Assembly: GCA_032654565.1 (NCBI GenBank)
Contig: JAULAX010000013.1
Coordinates: 64,001 to 128,000, forward strand
Direction of reading: 5' to 3'
DNA: 64,000 bases
Origin: Anaeromyxobacteraceae bacterium
GTDB lineage: Bacteria > Myxococcota > Myxococcia > Myxococcales > Anaeromyxobacteraceae
In this document: piece after piece, positions 1 to 9,173 of the stretch
Position numbering within the stretch: position 1 is the stretch's first letter
Layout: the number at the start of each line of letters is the position of its first letter
Position numbers and translations under genes: made by a program
Notes under the pieces: model-generated
The model's input: only the letters and a program-made list of their open reading frames with translations
Told to the model about the DNA's origin: nothing
Database searches by the model: none

Positions 1-39
1 CTGCTGGTGGAGCGGGCCCGCCGCCGCCGTCGCCGCTAG
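1..39 (+). CDS. 3' end of an unidentified gene ([12 protein letters not shown])
   Basis: Open frame with GC-rich codons from base 1 to TAG at 37-39; this TAG is part of the IS target site CTAG. Confidence 0.5.
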   Translation: MLVERARRRRRR

Positions 40-909
40 GGGGTGTCCCTGATTTCCAGATCCGCGACGTTCGGAAGTGCGCGGTATCTGGGTGGTACTA
101 CGGAATTTCTGATCGGGTTTGCGAGGCGACGCTGAGTGTGATCAACACTTACCGTGCGCCGACATGAACTGAGCGATGCCGAGTGGAAACGCATTGAGGG
201 GATCCTCCCCGTACGAACCGGGCCACGCTCCAAGCGAGGCGACCGTGACTTCGTCAACGCCGTCATCTGGCGCGTCAGGACCGGTGTTCCCTGGCGCGAC
301 CTCCCTGAGCGATTCGGCTCCTGGAAGACCGTGTACAACCGGTTCGACAGGTGGTCGAAGGCCGGCATCTGGAAACGAATCTTCGAAGAGCTGGCCATCG
401 AAGTCGATGAAGCCGGCTCCCTCCTCGACGCAACCATTGTCCGGGCGCACCAAGACGCCGCCGGCGGAAAAGGGGGGTCCGACGCAATCATCTTGGCCGT
501 TCTCGAGGAGGCGTTTCGACCAAGATCCACGCGGTCACCACGACGCAAGGGAAGCCGCTCTACGTCACGCTGACCCAGGGCCACCGGCACGAGGCGACCA
601 AGGCCCAGGAGCTGATCGAGCACGCCACCGGGAAGGCCTGCATCGGCGACTCGGGCTACTGCTCGGCGGAGATCCGCAACGCCATCCGCGCACGAGGCAT
701 GAAGCCCGTCATCAACGCGAATCCCACGCACAACGTAAAGACCCGGCTCGACCGGAAGCTCTACAAGCTGCGCTACATGGTGGAGTGCGGATTCCATTCG
801 CTCAAACGCTTCCGTGCGGTTGCGACTCGCTATGAAAAGACTGGCACCAACTACCTGTCCATCGTCCACGTCGCCTGCATCATGGCGTGGCTCAATTAGG
901 GACACCCCC
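39..909 (+). mobile_element. IS5-family insertion sequence (IS427-like group), ~870 bp
   Basis: Terminal inverted repeats GGGGGTGTCCCTGATT (39-54) and AATTAGGGACACCCCC (894-909) with one mismatch; flanked by CTAG on both sides (TA or CTAG duplication); lower GC than flanks; encodes a transposase. Confidence 0.93.
154..899 (+). CDS. IS5-family DDE transposase, two ORFs joined by a -1 frameshift
   Basis: OrfA 154-573 (ELSDAEW, WRDLPERFGSWKTVYNRF, DATIVRAHQ). The -1 frame continues LGRSRGGVSTKIHAV..IGDSGY..RYMVECGFHSLKRFR..RYEK to TAG 897-899. Slippery run AAAAGGGGGG at 468-477. Confidence 0.9.
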
Positions 910-923
910 TAGAGCGCCGCTCG

Positions 924-2261
924 TCAGCCGCGGATGACGTTGGGCGCGGCCGGCGACGGGGCCTGGGCCGGTGGCAGCGCCGCCGGCGCCGGGCTCGCCA
1001 CCGCCACGCCGTCCAGCTTCGCCTGCAGCGGGGCGATGTCGGCCTTGAAGCCCGGCAGCCAGTCGGCCCGCACCGGCGCGTCGCGCGGCACCTTGAGCTG
1101 GGCCGGGTTGATGTAGGCCCCGCCGCGCAGCACGGCGTAGTGCAGGTGCGGACCGGTGGAGAGGCCGGTGGAGCCGACCGCGCCGATGGCCTGCTTCTGG
1201 ACCACCGGCTTGCCGGCCGAGACCGACACCGCCGAGAGGTGGCAGTAGAGCGTCTCCAGGCCGTTGCGGTGGCGCAGCGTCACCGAGAGGCCGCAGCCGC
1301 CGTTCCAGCCCGCCTGCTTGACCACCCCGTCGCCCACCGCCCAGACCGGCGTGCCGACCGGCGCGCCGTAGTCGGTCCCCATGTGGGCCGCCTGGTAGCC
1401 GAGCAGCGGGTGGTTGCGGTTGCCGAAGCCGGAGGTGACGTGGGCGAACTTGAGCGGCGTCTTCAGGAAGCCGCGCCGGGCGCTCTGCCCCTCGTCGTCG
1501 AAGTAGCTGGCCTGGCCGTCCGGGGCGGTCCAGCGGAAGAGCCGCTTCCGCCCCGCCGTGGTCCCCTGGTACTCGATGGCCTGGATCTCCCCGTAGCGCA
1601 GCAGCTTGCCGTCGGCGAAGGTCTTCTCCACCAGCACCGTCATCCGGTCGCCGCGCCGGACGTCGCGGTAGAAGTCGACGTCCCAGGCCAGCACGTCGGA
1701 GGCCAGCACCGCCAGGATGGGGTCCTCGTCGGTCTCGCGCAGCGAGAGGTAGAGCGAGCCCTGCACCTCGACCGTGACCCGCTCCACGCCGGCCTTCAGC
1801 TCCACCGGGCGGCGGACGGCGTCCCAGCCGCCGTCGGCCCGGCGGGTCACCACGAACTCGTCGGCCCGCCCCTGCCGGTAGGTGAGGCGCGCCAGCGCCG
1901 CCTCCCCGGCCCGCCGCTCCACCACCAGCTGGTCGCCGGCGCGGGCCTTGCGGGAGGGGAAGTGGGCCTGCAGCGCGCCGACCACGCCGGCGGCCTCGGC
2001 GGCGGTCAGCTTGAGCCTCGGCAGCACCTGCCCGAGCGTCTGGTCGCGGCCGAGCCGGGCGGTCACCACCTCGAACCGCTCCGGTGGAGGCGGGGGAGGC
2101 GGGGGCGGCGCAGCGGGGAGGGGCGGCGCCGGGGCCACCGCCACCGGCGGGGGTGGGGACCTGGTGGAGAGGAAGAAGGCCAGCCCGCCCACCGCGGCCA
2201 CCGAGAGGATGGCGCCGAGCAGGGCGGTGTGGCGGCGCGGGGCGCGGGCCTGGTCGAACAT
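924..2261 (-). CDS. M23 family peptidoglycan endopeptidase with N-terminal membrane anchor
   Basis: HMGTDYGAP (HxxxD) and STGPHLHY (HxH) motifs; FLKTPLKF..TSGFG..HP. Confidence 0.92.
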   Translation of the reverse strand: MFDQARAPRRHTALLGAILSVAAVGGLAFFLSTRSPPPPVAVAPAPPLPAAPPPPPPPPPERFEVVTARLGRDQTLGQVLPRLKLTAAEAAGVVGALQAHFPSRKARAGDQLVVERRAGEAALARLTYRQGRADEFVVTRRADGGWDAVRRPVELKAGVERVTVEVQGSLYLSLRETDEDPILAVLASDVLAWDVDFYRDVRRGDRMTVLVEKTFADGKLLRYGEIQAIEYQGTTAGRKRLFRWTAPDGQASYFDDEGQSARRGFLKTPLKFAHVTSGFGNRNHPLLGYQAAHMGTDYGAPVGTPVWAVGDGVVKQAGWNGGCGLSVTLRHRNGLETLYCHLSAVSVSAGKPVVQKQAIGAVGSTGLSTGPHLHYAVLRGGAYINPAQLKVPRDAPVRADWLPGFKADIAPLQAKLDGVAVASPAPAALPPAQAPSPAAPNVIRG

Positions 2262-2264
2262 GGC

Positions 2265-3311
2265 TCAGCCCTGCTTGCGCTTGAAGAAGTCGACCTGCCA
2301 GAGCTTCACCGCCCGCTCGTGGCAGGCCAGGTCGGGGCAGAAGACGTGGAAGCCGTCGTTGCGCGAGACGAAGAAGAGGTCGGTGCAGGTCGAGGGGGCC
2401 AGGGCGGCCTGGATGGCCGCCGCGCCGGGGTTGGCGATGGGGCCGGGGGGCAGCCCGGCGACCAGGTAGGTGTTGTAGGGGTGGGGCGTGCGCAGGTCGG
2501 CGCGGCTGATGTTCTTCGACCAGCGGCCGGTGCGCAGGAAGGTGGCGTACATCACGGTCGGGTCGGTGGCCAGCGGGATGCGGCGGGCCAGCCGGTTGTG
2601 GAAGACGCAGCTGATGCGAGGCCGCTCCACCGCCTGGCCGGTCTCCTTCTCGATGATCGAGGCCAGCGTCATGATGGCGGCCCGGTCCAGCGTGACGCCG
2701 GGGAGGCGCTGGGCGCTGGCCTTCTCGTACTCGGCGTGGGCGCGGTGCACCATGGCCTCGAGGATCTGCCGGGCGCCGACGCCGCGGGCGAAGGCGTAGG
2801 TGTCGGGGAAGAGGTAGCCCTCCAGGCTCTCGGCGACCACGCCCAGGGCGTTGGCCTCGGCCGCGGAGTGGGCCAGCAGGAGGAAGTTCTCCGCCGAGGC
2901 CAGGCCGCTGCGGCCGACGATCTCGGCGACCTCCTCGATGCGCAGCCCCTCCGGCACCGTGAAGCGGTAGAGCCGGACCTCGCCCTTGTAGATGCGCTCC
3001 AGCACCTCGTCGGGGGTGAGCGCGCCGGCGAAGGCGTACTCGCCCTGCTTGAACTGCCGGGCGTCGCGCTTGAGGAAGCGGACGTAGCGCCAGGCCTGCT
3101 CCCCGTCGCCGAGGACGCCGGCCCGGACCAGGGCCCGGACCACGGCGCGCGCCGAGGCCCCGGCCGGCACCTCCACCACCTTCTCCTCCTCGCTGCCGAA
3201 GGGGGCGGCGCGGAAGGCCTCGACCTGCCGCCAGGCCAGGAAGGTGAGCAGGCCGGCCAGCGCCACCACCACCGCGGCCAGCGCCGCCACCGCCCGGAGC
3301 GCTCGCCTCAC
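2265..3311 (-). CDS. mltG: endolytic transglycosylase MltG (YceG)
   Basis: LEGYLFPDTY, LASIIEKET, LATDPT, PYNTY..GLPPGPIANPG motifs; GTG start overlaps the ruvX stop. Confidence 0.95.
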   Translation of the reverse strand: MRRALRAVAALAAVVVALAGLLTFLAWRQVEAFRAAPFGSEEEKVVEVPAGASARAVVRALVRAGVLGDGEQAWRYVRFLKRDARQFKQGEYAFAGALTPDEVLERIYKGEVRLYRFTVPEGLRIEEVAEIVGRSGLASAENFLLLAHSAAEANALGVVAESLEGYLFPDTYAFARGVGARQILEAMVHRAHAEYEKASAQRLPGVTLDRAAIMTLASIIEKETGQAVERPRISCVFHNRLARRIPLATDPTVMYATFLRTGRWSKNISRADLRTPHPYNTYLVAGLPPGPIANPGAAAIQAALAPSTCTDLFFVSRNDGFHVFCPDLACHERAVKLWQVDFFKRKQG

Positions 3312-3721
3312 GTGGTCCTCCCGTCCAGCCAGCCCTGCAGGATCACCGCGGCGGCCTCGGCGTCGATGACCCCCTTCTGGTCGCGCGCCGACAGCCCCTG
3401 CTCGCGCAGCCGGGTCGAGGCCTCGAAGGTGGAGAGCCGCTCGTCGTGGAGCTCGACGGGGAGGCCGAGGCGGGCCGCCAGCCGGGCGGCGAAGCTCCGG
3501 GCCAGGCGGGCCGAGTCCCCCTCGGTGCCGTCCATGTTGAGCGGCAGGCCGACCACCGCCCGCGTCACCTCGTACTGGGCGGCCACCTCGGCGATGGCGT
3601 CGAGGTCGGCGTCGACGCCGAGGCGGGGCACGGTGCGGTGCGCCCGGGCGGTGCGCAGCACGTCGTCGGCCAGGGACAACCCGATCCTGGCGCGGCCGAC
3701 GTCGAGGCCGAGGTAGCGCAT
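3308..3721 (-). CDS. ruvX: RuvX/YqgF pre-16S rRNA nuclease
   Basis: LGLDVG..RIG, VVGLPLNMDG, DERLST, IDAEAAAVILQ motifs. Confidence 0.95.
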   Translation of the reverse strand: MRYLGLDVGRARIGLSLADDVLRTARAHRTVPRLGVDADLDAIAEVAAQYEVTRAVVGLPLNMDGTEGDSARLARSFAARLAARLGLPVELHDERLSTFEASTRLREQGLSARDQKGVIDAEAAAVILQGWLDGRTT

Positions 3722-3848
3722 GGCGGGCGAATCTAGGGGTCGGGCCCCACGCCGTCAATCGGTCGATCCGCGGACCGGCGTCGCTGCGGCGGACCGGTGG
3801 CCGGGCCGGGGGCCGGCGCAACCCCGCGACGTCGCTGGGAGCCGGCGC

Positions 3849-3863
3849 TGGCATGGCGCTCGC
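3849..3863 (+). promoter_or_regulatory. putative sigma54 (-24/-12) promoter
   Basis: TGGCATGGCGCTCGC fits TGGCAC-N5-TTGC with correct GG/GC spacing; ~50 bp upstream of ATG 3916, which has GGAGG at 3904-3908. Confidence 0.55.
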
Positions 3864-3915
3864 TCATCGCCCCGGGTGGCGGACCGTCCGCCACCACGTC
3901 CCTGGAGGGAACCAC

Positions 3916-4911
3916 ATGTCCTTGCTCTCGTCCGTCACCGGCGCCGCCAGCTCGCTGCTCGGCGGCTTCGCCCCGCTCATCACCGGCCACCTTCCCACCG
4001 GCCTGCTCGGCGGCGTGCTGAGCGGCCTCACCTCGTCGCGCAAGCCCGACGCCCTCACCGCCACGCTGGCCGCCGCCGCGACCAGGACCAAGGCCAAGCC
4101 CAAGGCCAAGGCCACGGCCAAGGCCGGAACGTCGAAGAAGACGGCGACCAAGGCGCCGACGAAGGCGCCCGCGGCCAAGACCAGGAGCCCCACCGCCACC
4201 AAGGCGGCCACGGCGGCCGGCTACAGCAAGACCGCCGCCACCGACGACTTCGCCTTCCTCAAGGACCCGGCCCTCTCGGTCGAGGAGAAGCTCTTCCGCT
4301 TCATGTGCGCCACCGCCAAGCGCAACGACGACGAGGTCCTGAAGAAGATGGAGGAGATGAAGGGCGGCGCGCCGGCCGCGGCGCCGAAGACCGGCACCTC
4401 CGGCGGGACCACCGCTGCGGGCGGCTCGAAGCCGGGCGCCACCACCACCCCGGGCGGCGTCAACGTCTGGGGCGCCATGAAGGCGCTCATCCCGCCGCTC
4501 GGCCTGGCGGCCCAGGTGGTGGGGGACGCCAAGCTCAAGTCGACCGTCGCCCAGCTCTCCGGCCCGGTGCTGGCCGCCGCGGCCACCGCGGCGGGGCTGC
4601 CGACGCTGGCGCCGCTGGCCATGAAGGCCGGGCCCGAGCTGACCTCCTCGCTCCTGGACGGGAAGCTGGGCGGCGGCGACGCCGGCGGCCCGGTCGGGGG
4701 GCGCCCGGCCACGGGGCCGTCGACCTCGGGCGGGGGTTCAACCAGGAGTCCGACCGCCACGACGGCGGCGGCCAGCGGCAAGAACGAGCAGGTGGGGATG
4801 ATGGAGCTGCAGCGGCTCATCGACAAGCAGAAGGAGATGTTCACCATGATCAGCAACGTCCTCAACTCCCAGCACCAGACCCGCATGTCGATCATCGGGA
4901 ACGTCCGGTGA
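3916..4911 (+). CDS. putative type III secretion substrate (translocator/needle-like C-terminus)
   Basis: Ser/Thr/Gly-rich N-terminus with no Sec signal; hydrophobic Ala/Leu segment; C-terminal helix MELQRLIDKQKEMFTMISNVLNSQHQTRMSIIGNVR; strong RBS. The CDS is well supported, the function is inferred. Confidence 0.55.
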   Translation: MSLLSSVTGAASSLLGGFAPLITGHLPTGLLGGVLSGLTSSRKPDALTATLAAAATRTKAKPKAKATAKAGTSKKTATKAPTKAPAAKTRSPTATKAATAAGYSKTAATDDFAFLKDPALSVEEKLFRFMCATAKRNDDEVLKKMEEMKGGAPAAAPKTGTSGGTTAAGGSKPGATTTPGGVNVWGAMKALIPPLGLAAQVVGDAKLKSTVAQLSGPVLAAAATAAGLPTLAPLAMKAGPELTSSLLDGKLGGGDAGGPVGGRPATGPSTSGGGSTRSPTATTAAASGKNEQVGMMELQRLIDKQKEMFTMISNVLNSQHQTRMSIIGNVR

Positions 4912-4919
4912 GGCCCGCC

Positions 4920-5360
4920 ATGGAGACCCAGGTGAACGACCGGAGCGAGGCGACGCTGGCGGAGGTGATCGGGCTGACCGAGGAGCTGGGCGGGGCCATC
5001 GCCGGCATCGCCGAAGGGGAGCTGTCGGCGGGGCGCACCGAGGCGGCCCGGACCATCCTCGAGGGGCTGGTGGTGACCAACCCGCGCGACGCCCGCGGCT
5101 GGATCCTGCTGGCGCGGACCCACCGGTCGATGGGCCAGCCGCTGGCGGCCCGGTTCTGCGCCGAGGTGGCCGGCATCCTGGCGCCGGGGACGCCGGCGGC
5201 CCGGCTGGCCCAGGCCGAGGGGCTGCTGGCCTTCCCGGAGGATCGGGCCCGGGGGCTGGAGCTGCTGGGCCAGCTGGCCGAAGGGGAGGGAGCGATCGCG
5301 GAGAGGGCGGCGGCGCTCTGGGAGGCGTCGGGCCGGGCGGCACCTCCCCCGAACGGGTGA
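4920..5360 (+). CDS. SycD/LcrH-like TPR chaperone
   Basis: Small acidic TPR protein: LAEVIGLTEE..AIAGIA..LSAGRTEAARTILEGLVVTNPRDARGWILLARTHRSMGQ, matching the class II T3SS chaperone pattern. Confidence 0.6.
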   Translation: METQVNDRSEATLAEVIGLTEELGGAIAGIAEGELSAGRTEAARTILEGLVVTNPRDARGWILLARTHRSMGQPLAARFCAEVAGILAPGTPAARLAQAEGLLAFPEDRARGLELLGQLAEGEGAIAERAAALWEASGRAAPPPNG

Positions 5361-5525
5361 GGGTCGGTCCGGGCCAGAATCAGGGGTGCGGCTTCCCCGG
5401 TGTCACCCCCTCGTAGTAAAGAGACCGCGCAGCGTGGACCACGGGCGCCCCCGGCTTCACCGGGGTCGCTCGCGGTGTATCGGGAACCCGGATCATCCGG
5501 GCCCGGCGACGGAAGGGAAGTTCGA

Positions 5526-5747
5526 GTGAGCGAGAAGGAAGCGAACATCGAGGTCCAGGGCATGGTCGACGAGGCCCTGGCCGGTGGCATGTACCGGGTC
5601 AAGGTCGACCAGGGTCCAATCGTCCTGGCCTACGCCTCGGGCAAGATGAAGAAGTTCCACATCCGCATCATCCCGGGCGATCGCGTCAAGCTCGAGCTCT
5701 CCCCGTACGACCTCACCCGCGGTCGCATCACCTATCGCGACAAGTGA
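5526..5747 (+). CDS. infA: translation initiation factor IF-1
   Basis: [48 protein letters not shown] start. Confidence 0.96.
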   Translation: MSEKEANIEVQGMVDEALAGGMYRVKVDQGPIVLAYASGKMKKFHIRIIPGDRVKLELSPYDLTRGRITYRDK

Positions 5748-7075
5748 GCCTGGCGCCCCCGCCCCAGCCCTCGACCCCGCCCAAGCGCAAGCTCTGGCTC
5801 GACTGGCAGCGCGGCCTGGCCGTGCTGTTCATGATCCAGTTTCACATCCTCGACGCCTGGATCAGCCCGGGCGGCAAGGTCGGCCAGGAGGGGCTCTTCA
5901 CCGCCCTGACCTGGATCGGTGGGCTGGCCGCGCCGGGCTTCATCTACATGGCCGGGCTCTCGCAGGCGCTCTCCGACGAGGCCCAGGCCCGCAAGGGCGG
6001 CGACCCGGTGGCGCGGCGGAGGGCGGCCATCGGGCGCGGCCTCTGGCTGCTCGGCATCGCCTACCTCTTCCGCGTCTTCTCCTTCGTGGCCGGCGGCGCC
6101 TGGGGGCCGGGCTGGGGCCTCCCCTACCTGTTCGGCGTCGACGTCCTCTCGGTGGTCGGCTTCGGCATGACCCTGGCCGTGAAGTTGGGCGCCTGGCACC
6201 CGCGGCGCCCCCGGCTGGCCGTCTGGGGCGGCCTGGCGCTGGTGCTGGCCTCCGCCCTCTGGCGCGGCGCCTGGCGCTGGGACGGCTGGCACGACATCAT
6301 CAAGGTCGACGTCCTCAACGTCATCGCCGTCGGCATGATCGTCTCGGCCTGGCTCTCGGTGGGGCGGCCCCGCAAGGTGGCGGTGGCGCTCACCGCCGGC
6401 GCCGCCGTGCTGGTGCTCGCCGCCACCCCCTGGCTCGGCGCCGCGCTGATGTGGCGCGACTCGCCGGCGGCCCTGGCCCAGCTCTCCGCCAACCCGCTCC
6501 TCAAGCTGCTCGATCACCCCCTCGCCTACCTCTACGGCCAGCCCCCGCGCAGCCAGTTCATGCTCTTCAACTGGATCGCCTTCCTGCTGGCCGGGGCCAC
6601 GGTGGCGCCGCTGGTGACCGGCCGGAGCCGGCCCTTCCTGGTGATGGGGATCGCCGCCGCCCTCTATGGCTTCGGGCGGCTCATCGACCCGTTCATTGCC
6701 ATGCCGGTGAGCGATCCCACCTTCTGGTGGATCACCGCCCCCAGCTGGTTCCTCACCCGGCTGGCCATCTGCATCGGCCTCACCGGGGCCCTCCAGCTCC
6801 TCCCCGACCTGATGGAGAAGCCGCTGGCCTGGCTCTCGACGCTGGGGCGGCAGTCGCTGGTGGCCTACATGGTCTCGCTGCAGCTGACCTACGGCGGCTC
6901 GGCCCGGATGATGGGGCTGGACCACGCCGTGGCGCTGCCGCTGCTGCTCTCCACCATGGTCAACATGGTGGTGGCGATGGTGGTGGTGGGCCGGGCCTGG
7001 GAGTGGTGGCTGGGGTGGGAGCGCCAGCGGCTGGCCCGCGCCGCCACCCGCGGGTCACCCGCCGTCGCCGCCTGA
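5744..7075 (+). CDS. DUF1624 / heparan-alpha-glucosaminide N-acetyltransferase-like membrane protein
   Basis: [33 protein letters not shown] motifs; multiple TM segments. Confidence 0.75.
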   Translation: MSLAPPPQPSTPPKRKLWLDWQRGLAVLFMIQFHILDAWISPGGKVGQEGLFTALTWIGGLAAPGFIYMAGLSQALSDEAQARKGGDPVARRRAAIGRGLWLLGIAYLFRVFSFVAGGAWGPGWGLPYLFGVDVLSVVGFGMTLAVKLGAWHPRRPRLAVWGGLALVLASALWRGAWRWDGWHDIIKVDVLNVIAVGMIVSAWLSVGRPRKVAVALTAGAAVLVLAATPWLGAALMWRDSPAALAQLSANPLLKLLDHPLAYLYGQPPRSQFMLFNWIAFLLAGATVAPLVTGRSRPFLVMGIAAALYGFGRLIDPFIAMPVSDPTFWWITAPSWFLTRLAICIGLTGALQLLPDLMEKPLAWLSTLGRQSLVAYMVSLQLTYGGSARMMGLDHAVALPLLLSTMVNMVVAMVVVGRAWEWWLGWERQRLARAATRGSPAVAA

Positions 7076-9076
7076 CGGCGTCGTGGGTCGGGCCGGCTCG
7101 GTCGCGTCCTCGCCGTCGGCGTCGTCCACGCCCGGGGCCGGCGCCGGACCGGCGGCCGGCTCCTGGGCCTGGGGCGCGCCGAAGGCGAAGTCGAGCCGCT
7201 CCTGCAGCGCCCGCTCCAGCGCCGCGTCGCCGAGCACCCCGAAGCCGTTGAGCCTGACCAGCAGGTCGTCCACCCGGGTGCGGTAGGCGCGGTCGCCCAG
7301 CCCCGCCGACACCAGCCGGTGGGACCGCGTGGGGCTGGGGATGATGGCGGCGAGGAAGCAGGCCTGGCGCGGCGTGAGCTGCCGGGGATCGACGCCGAAG
7401 TAGGCCCGGGCGGCCGGGCCGATCCCGTGCAGGCCAGGACCCCACTCGATCAGGTTCAGGTAGAGCTCCAGCAGCCGCGCCTTGGGCAGGCTGGCCTCGA
7501 GCGCCACCGTCACCATGGCCTCGCGCGCCTTGCGGGCCAGGGTCCGGTCGCGCGACAGGTAGAGGTTCTTGGCCAGCTGCTGGGAGATGGTCGAGCCGCC
7601 GCGCACCACCCGACCGGCCTGGGCCCCGGCGGCCACGGCGTCGAGCAGCTCGGCGAAGTCGAAGCCCTGGTGGCCGAAGAAGCCGGCGTCCTCGGCGGTG
7701 GTGACGGCGCGGACCACGTGCTCGGGCAGCTCCGCCAGGGGGACGAAGGCGGGGCTGCGCGGGCCGAGCAGGACGGCGACGCCGTCCTCGCCGTCGGGGT
7801 GGGCGATGAAGGCGGAGAGGAGCGGGCCCGGCGGGGCGGCGCGGATGGCGGCGCGCATGGGGGCGAGATCGAGGCCGGCGGTGACGGTCCAGCCGACCAG
7901 CGGCGTCAGCGGCCCGCTGAGCCGGAGCGAGCCCCCGAAGCGCCCGGGCGGCCGGGGGGCGGCCGGCGGCGGGGCCAGGGCCGCCGGGAGGGCCTCGACC
8001 AGGGCCCGGTAGTCGGTCATGGGTGCGATCACCGAGAGGGTGAAGGAGGGCTCGGGGCCGAGCGAGATCGCCCCGTCGGCCTCGAGCCGCAGCGGGCCGA
8101 GCAGCTCCAGCCGGCCGCGGCGCAGCTCGAGGCGCCGGCCGGCCGGGAGCCAGGCCAGCTCGGCCGCGCCGCTGGCGGAGAGCGGGCCGACCGGCTCCGG
8201 CCCGAGCCGCTCGCCCCGGAGCCGGAGGCGGGACAGGTCGGCGCGGAGCGTGGCCTGGGCGCCGTCGCCGCCGGTGGCGCCGGCCAGCTCCAGCGTCAGG
8301 TCGCCGGCCTCGGCCTGGAGCCCGGCGGTGCGGGCCGACACCGGCAGGTCGGTCACCCCCAGCGTGGCGGTGACGCGGAACTCCCAGCCTCGCTCCCCGG
8401 CCGTCGAGCGCCGCAGCCGGGCCTCGATCCGGCCGCCTCCGGAGAGCGAGGCGTCGGCCTCGATCCGCTCGCCGTCGGCGGCGCCGCGCCGGAGCAGCCG
8501 GACGTCGAGCGGCCCGACCAGCACGGTCCGGCCGCGCCAGGGGAGCACCACGGTGAGGCCGCGGAGGTGGAGCTCCGGGTCCCGGGCCCGGGGGGAGGTC
8601 GAGGGCGGCCCGGCCCGGGGAGGGTGGCTCCGCCAGCGCGCCAGCGCCGCCTCCAGCTCCTGGAAGCGCTCACCGGGGGCCAGCCGCACCCCGTAGAGCC
8701 GGATCGAGGCCGGCTCGATGCGGCCGGAGAGGGCCGAGAGCAGGCTGGCGCGAACCCGGATCCGCTCCACGGTGAGCAGCGGCCCGGCCCCCGGCGCGGA
8801 GCCGGGGATGCGCAGCGGCCCCAGCCAGGCGCGCAGCGCCCAGTCGATTTCCACCGTCTCGGCCAGCTCCACCGGCCCCAGCCGGGCCTGGAGCGTCGCC
8901 AGCGCCCGGGCGTGGATGCGGGCCTGGACGCTGGGGCGGTCGAGCGCGGCGTGGAGCAGGACCCAGGCCAGCGCCACCAGGGCGGCGCCCGCCAGGCCTC
9001 CCAGCGCTCGCCAGGAGAGCCGGTCGGGGACCGGTGGGCCGGGGAGTCCCGGATCGGGGTCAACGGGCGATTCCAT
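7055..9076 (-). CDS. monofunctional peptidoglycan transglycosylase (GT51) with long N-terminal region
   Basis: AEDAGFFGHQGFD, RGGSTISQQLAKNLYL, RKAREA, LELYLNLIEWGPG motifs. Confidence 0.88.
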   Translation of the reverse strand: MESPVDPDPGLPGPPVPDRLSWRALGGLAGAALVALAWVLLHAALDRPSVQARIHARALATLQARLGPVELAETVEIDWALRAWLGPLRIPGSAPGAGPLLTVERIRVRASLLSALSGRIEPASIRLYGVRLAPGERFQELEAALARWRSHPPRAGPPSTSPRARDPELHLRGLTVVLPWRGRTVLVGPLDVRLLRRGAADGERIEADASLSGGGRIEARLRRSTAGERGWEFRVTATLGVTDLPVSARTAGLQAEAGDLTLELAGATGGDGAQATLRADLSRLRLRGERLGPEPVGPLSASGAAELAWLPAGRRLELRRGRLELLGPLRLEADGAISLGPEPSFTLSVIAPMTDYRALVEALPAALAPPPAAPRPPGRFGGSLRLSGPLTPLVGWTVTAGLDLAPMRAAIRAAPPGPLLSAFIAHPDGEDGVAVLLGPRSPAFVPLAELPEHVVRAVTTAEDAGFFGHQGFDFAELLDAVAAGAQAGRVVRGGSTISQQLAKNLYLSRDRTLARKAREAMVTVALEASLPKARLLELYLNLIEWGPGLHGIGPAARAYFGVDPRQLTPRQACFLAAIIPSPTRSHRLVSAGLGDRAYRTRVDDLLVRLNGFGVLGDAALERALQERLDFAFGAPQAQEPAAGPAPAPGVDDADGEDATEPARPTTPSGGDGG

Positions 9077-9173
9077 CGTCGACTCAAAGGTCTAGCCGGG
9101 GTCCCGCCCGGGAGCAACGGCTCGTCCGAGGGAAGGCGCGGGGTCCCATTCCTGTTAGGATCGTACCAGCGCC

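Noticed and set aside
36..905. 289-aa ORF antisense to the transposase
   Set aside because: It mirrors the transposase frames and has no independent evidence of being expressed
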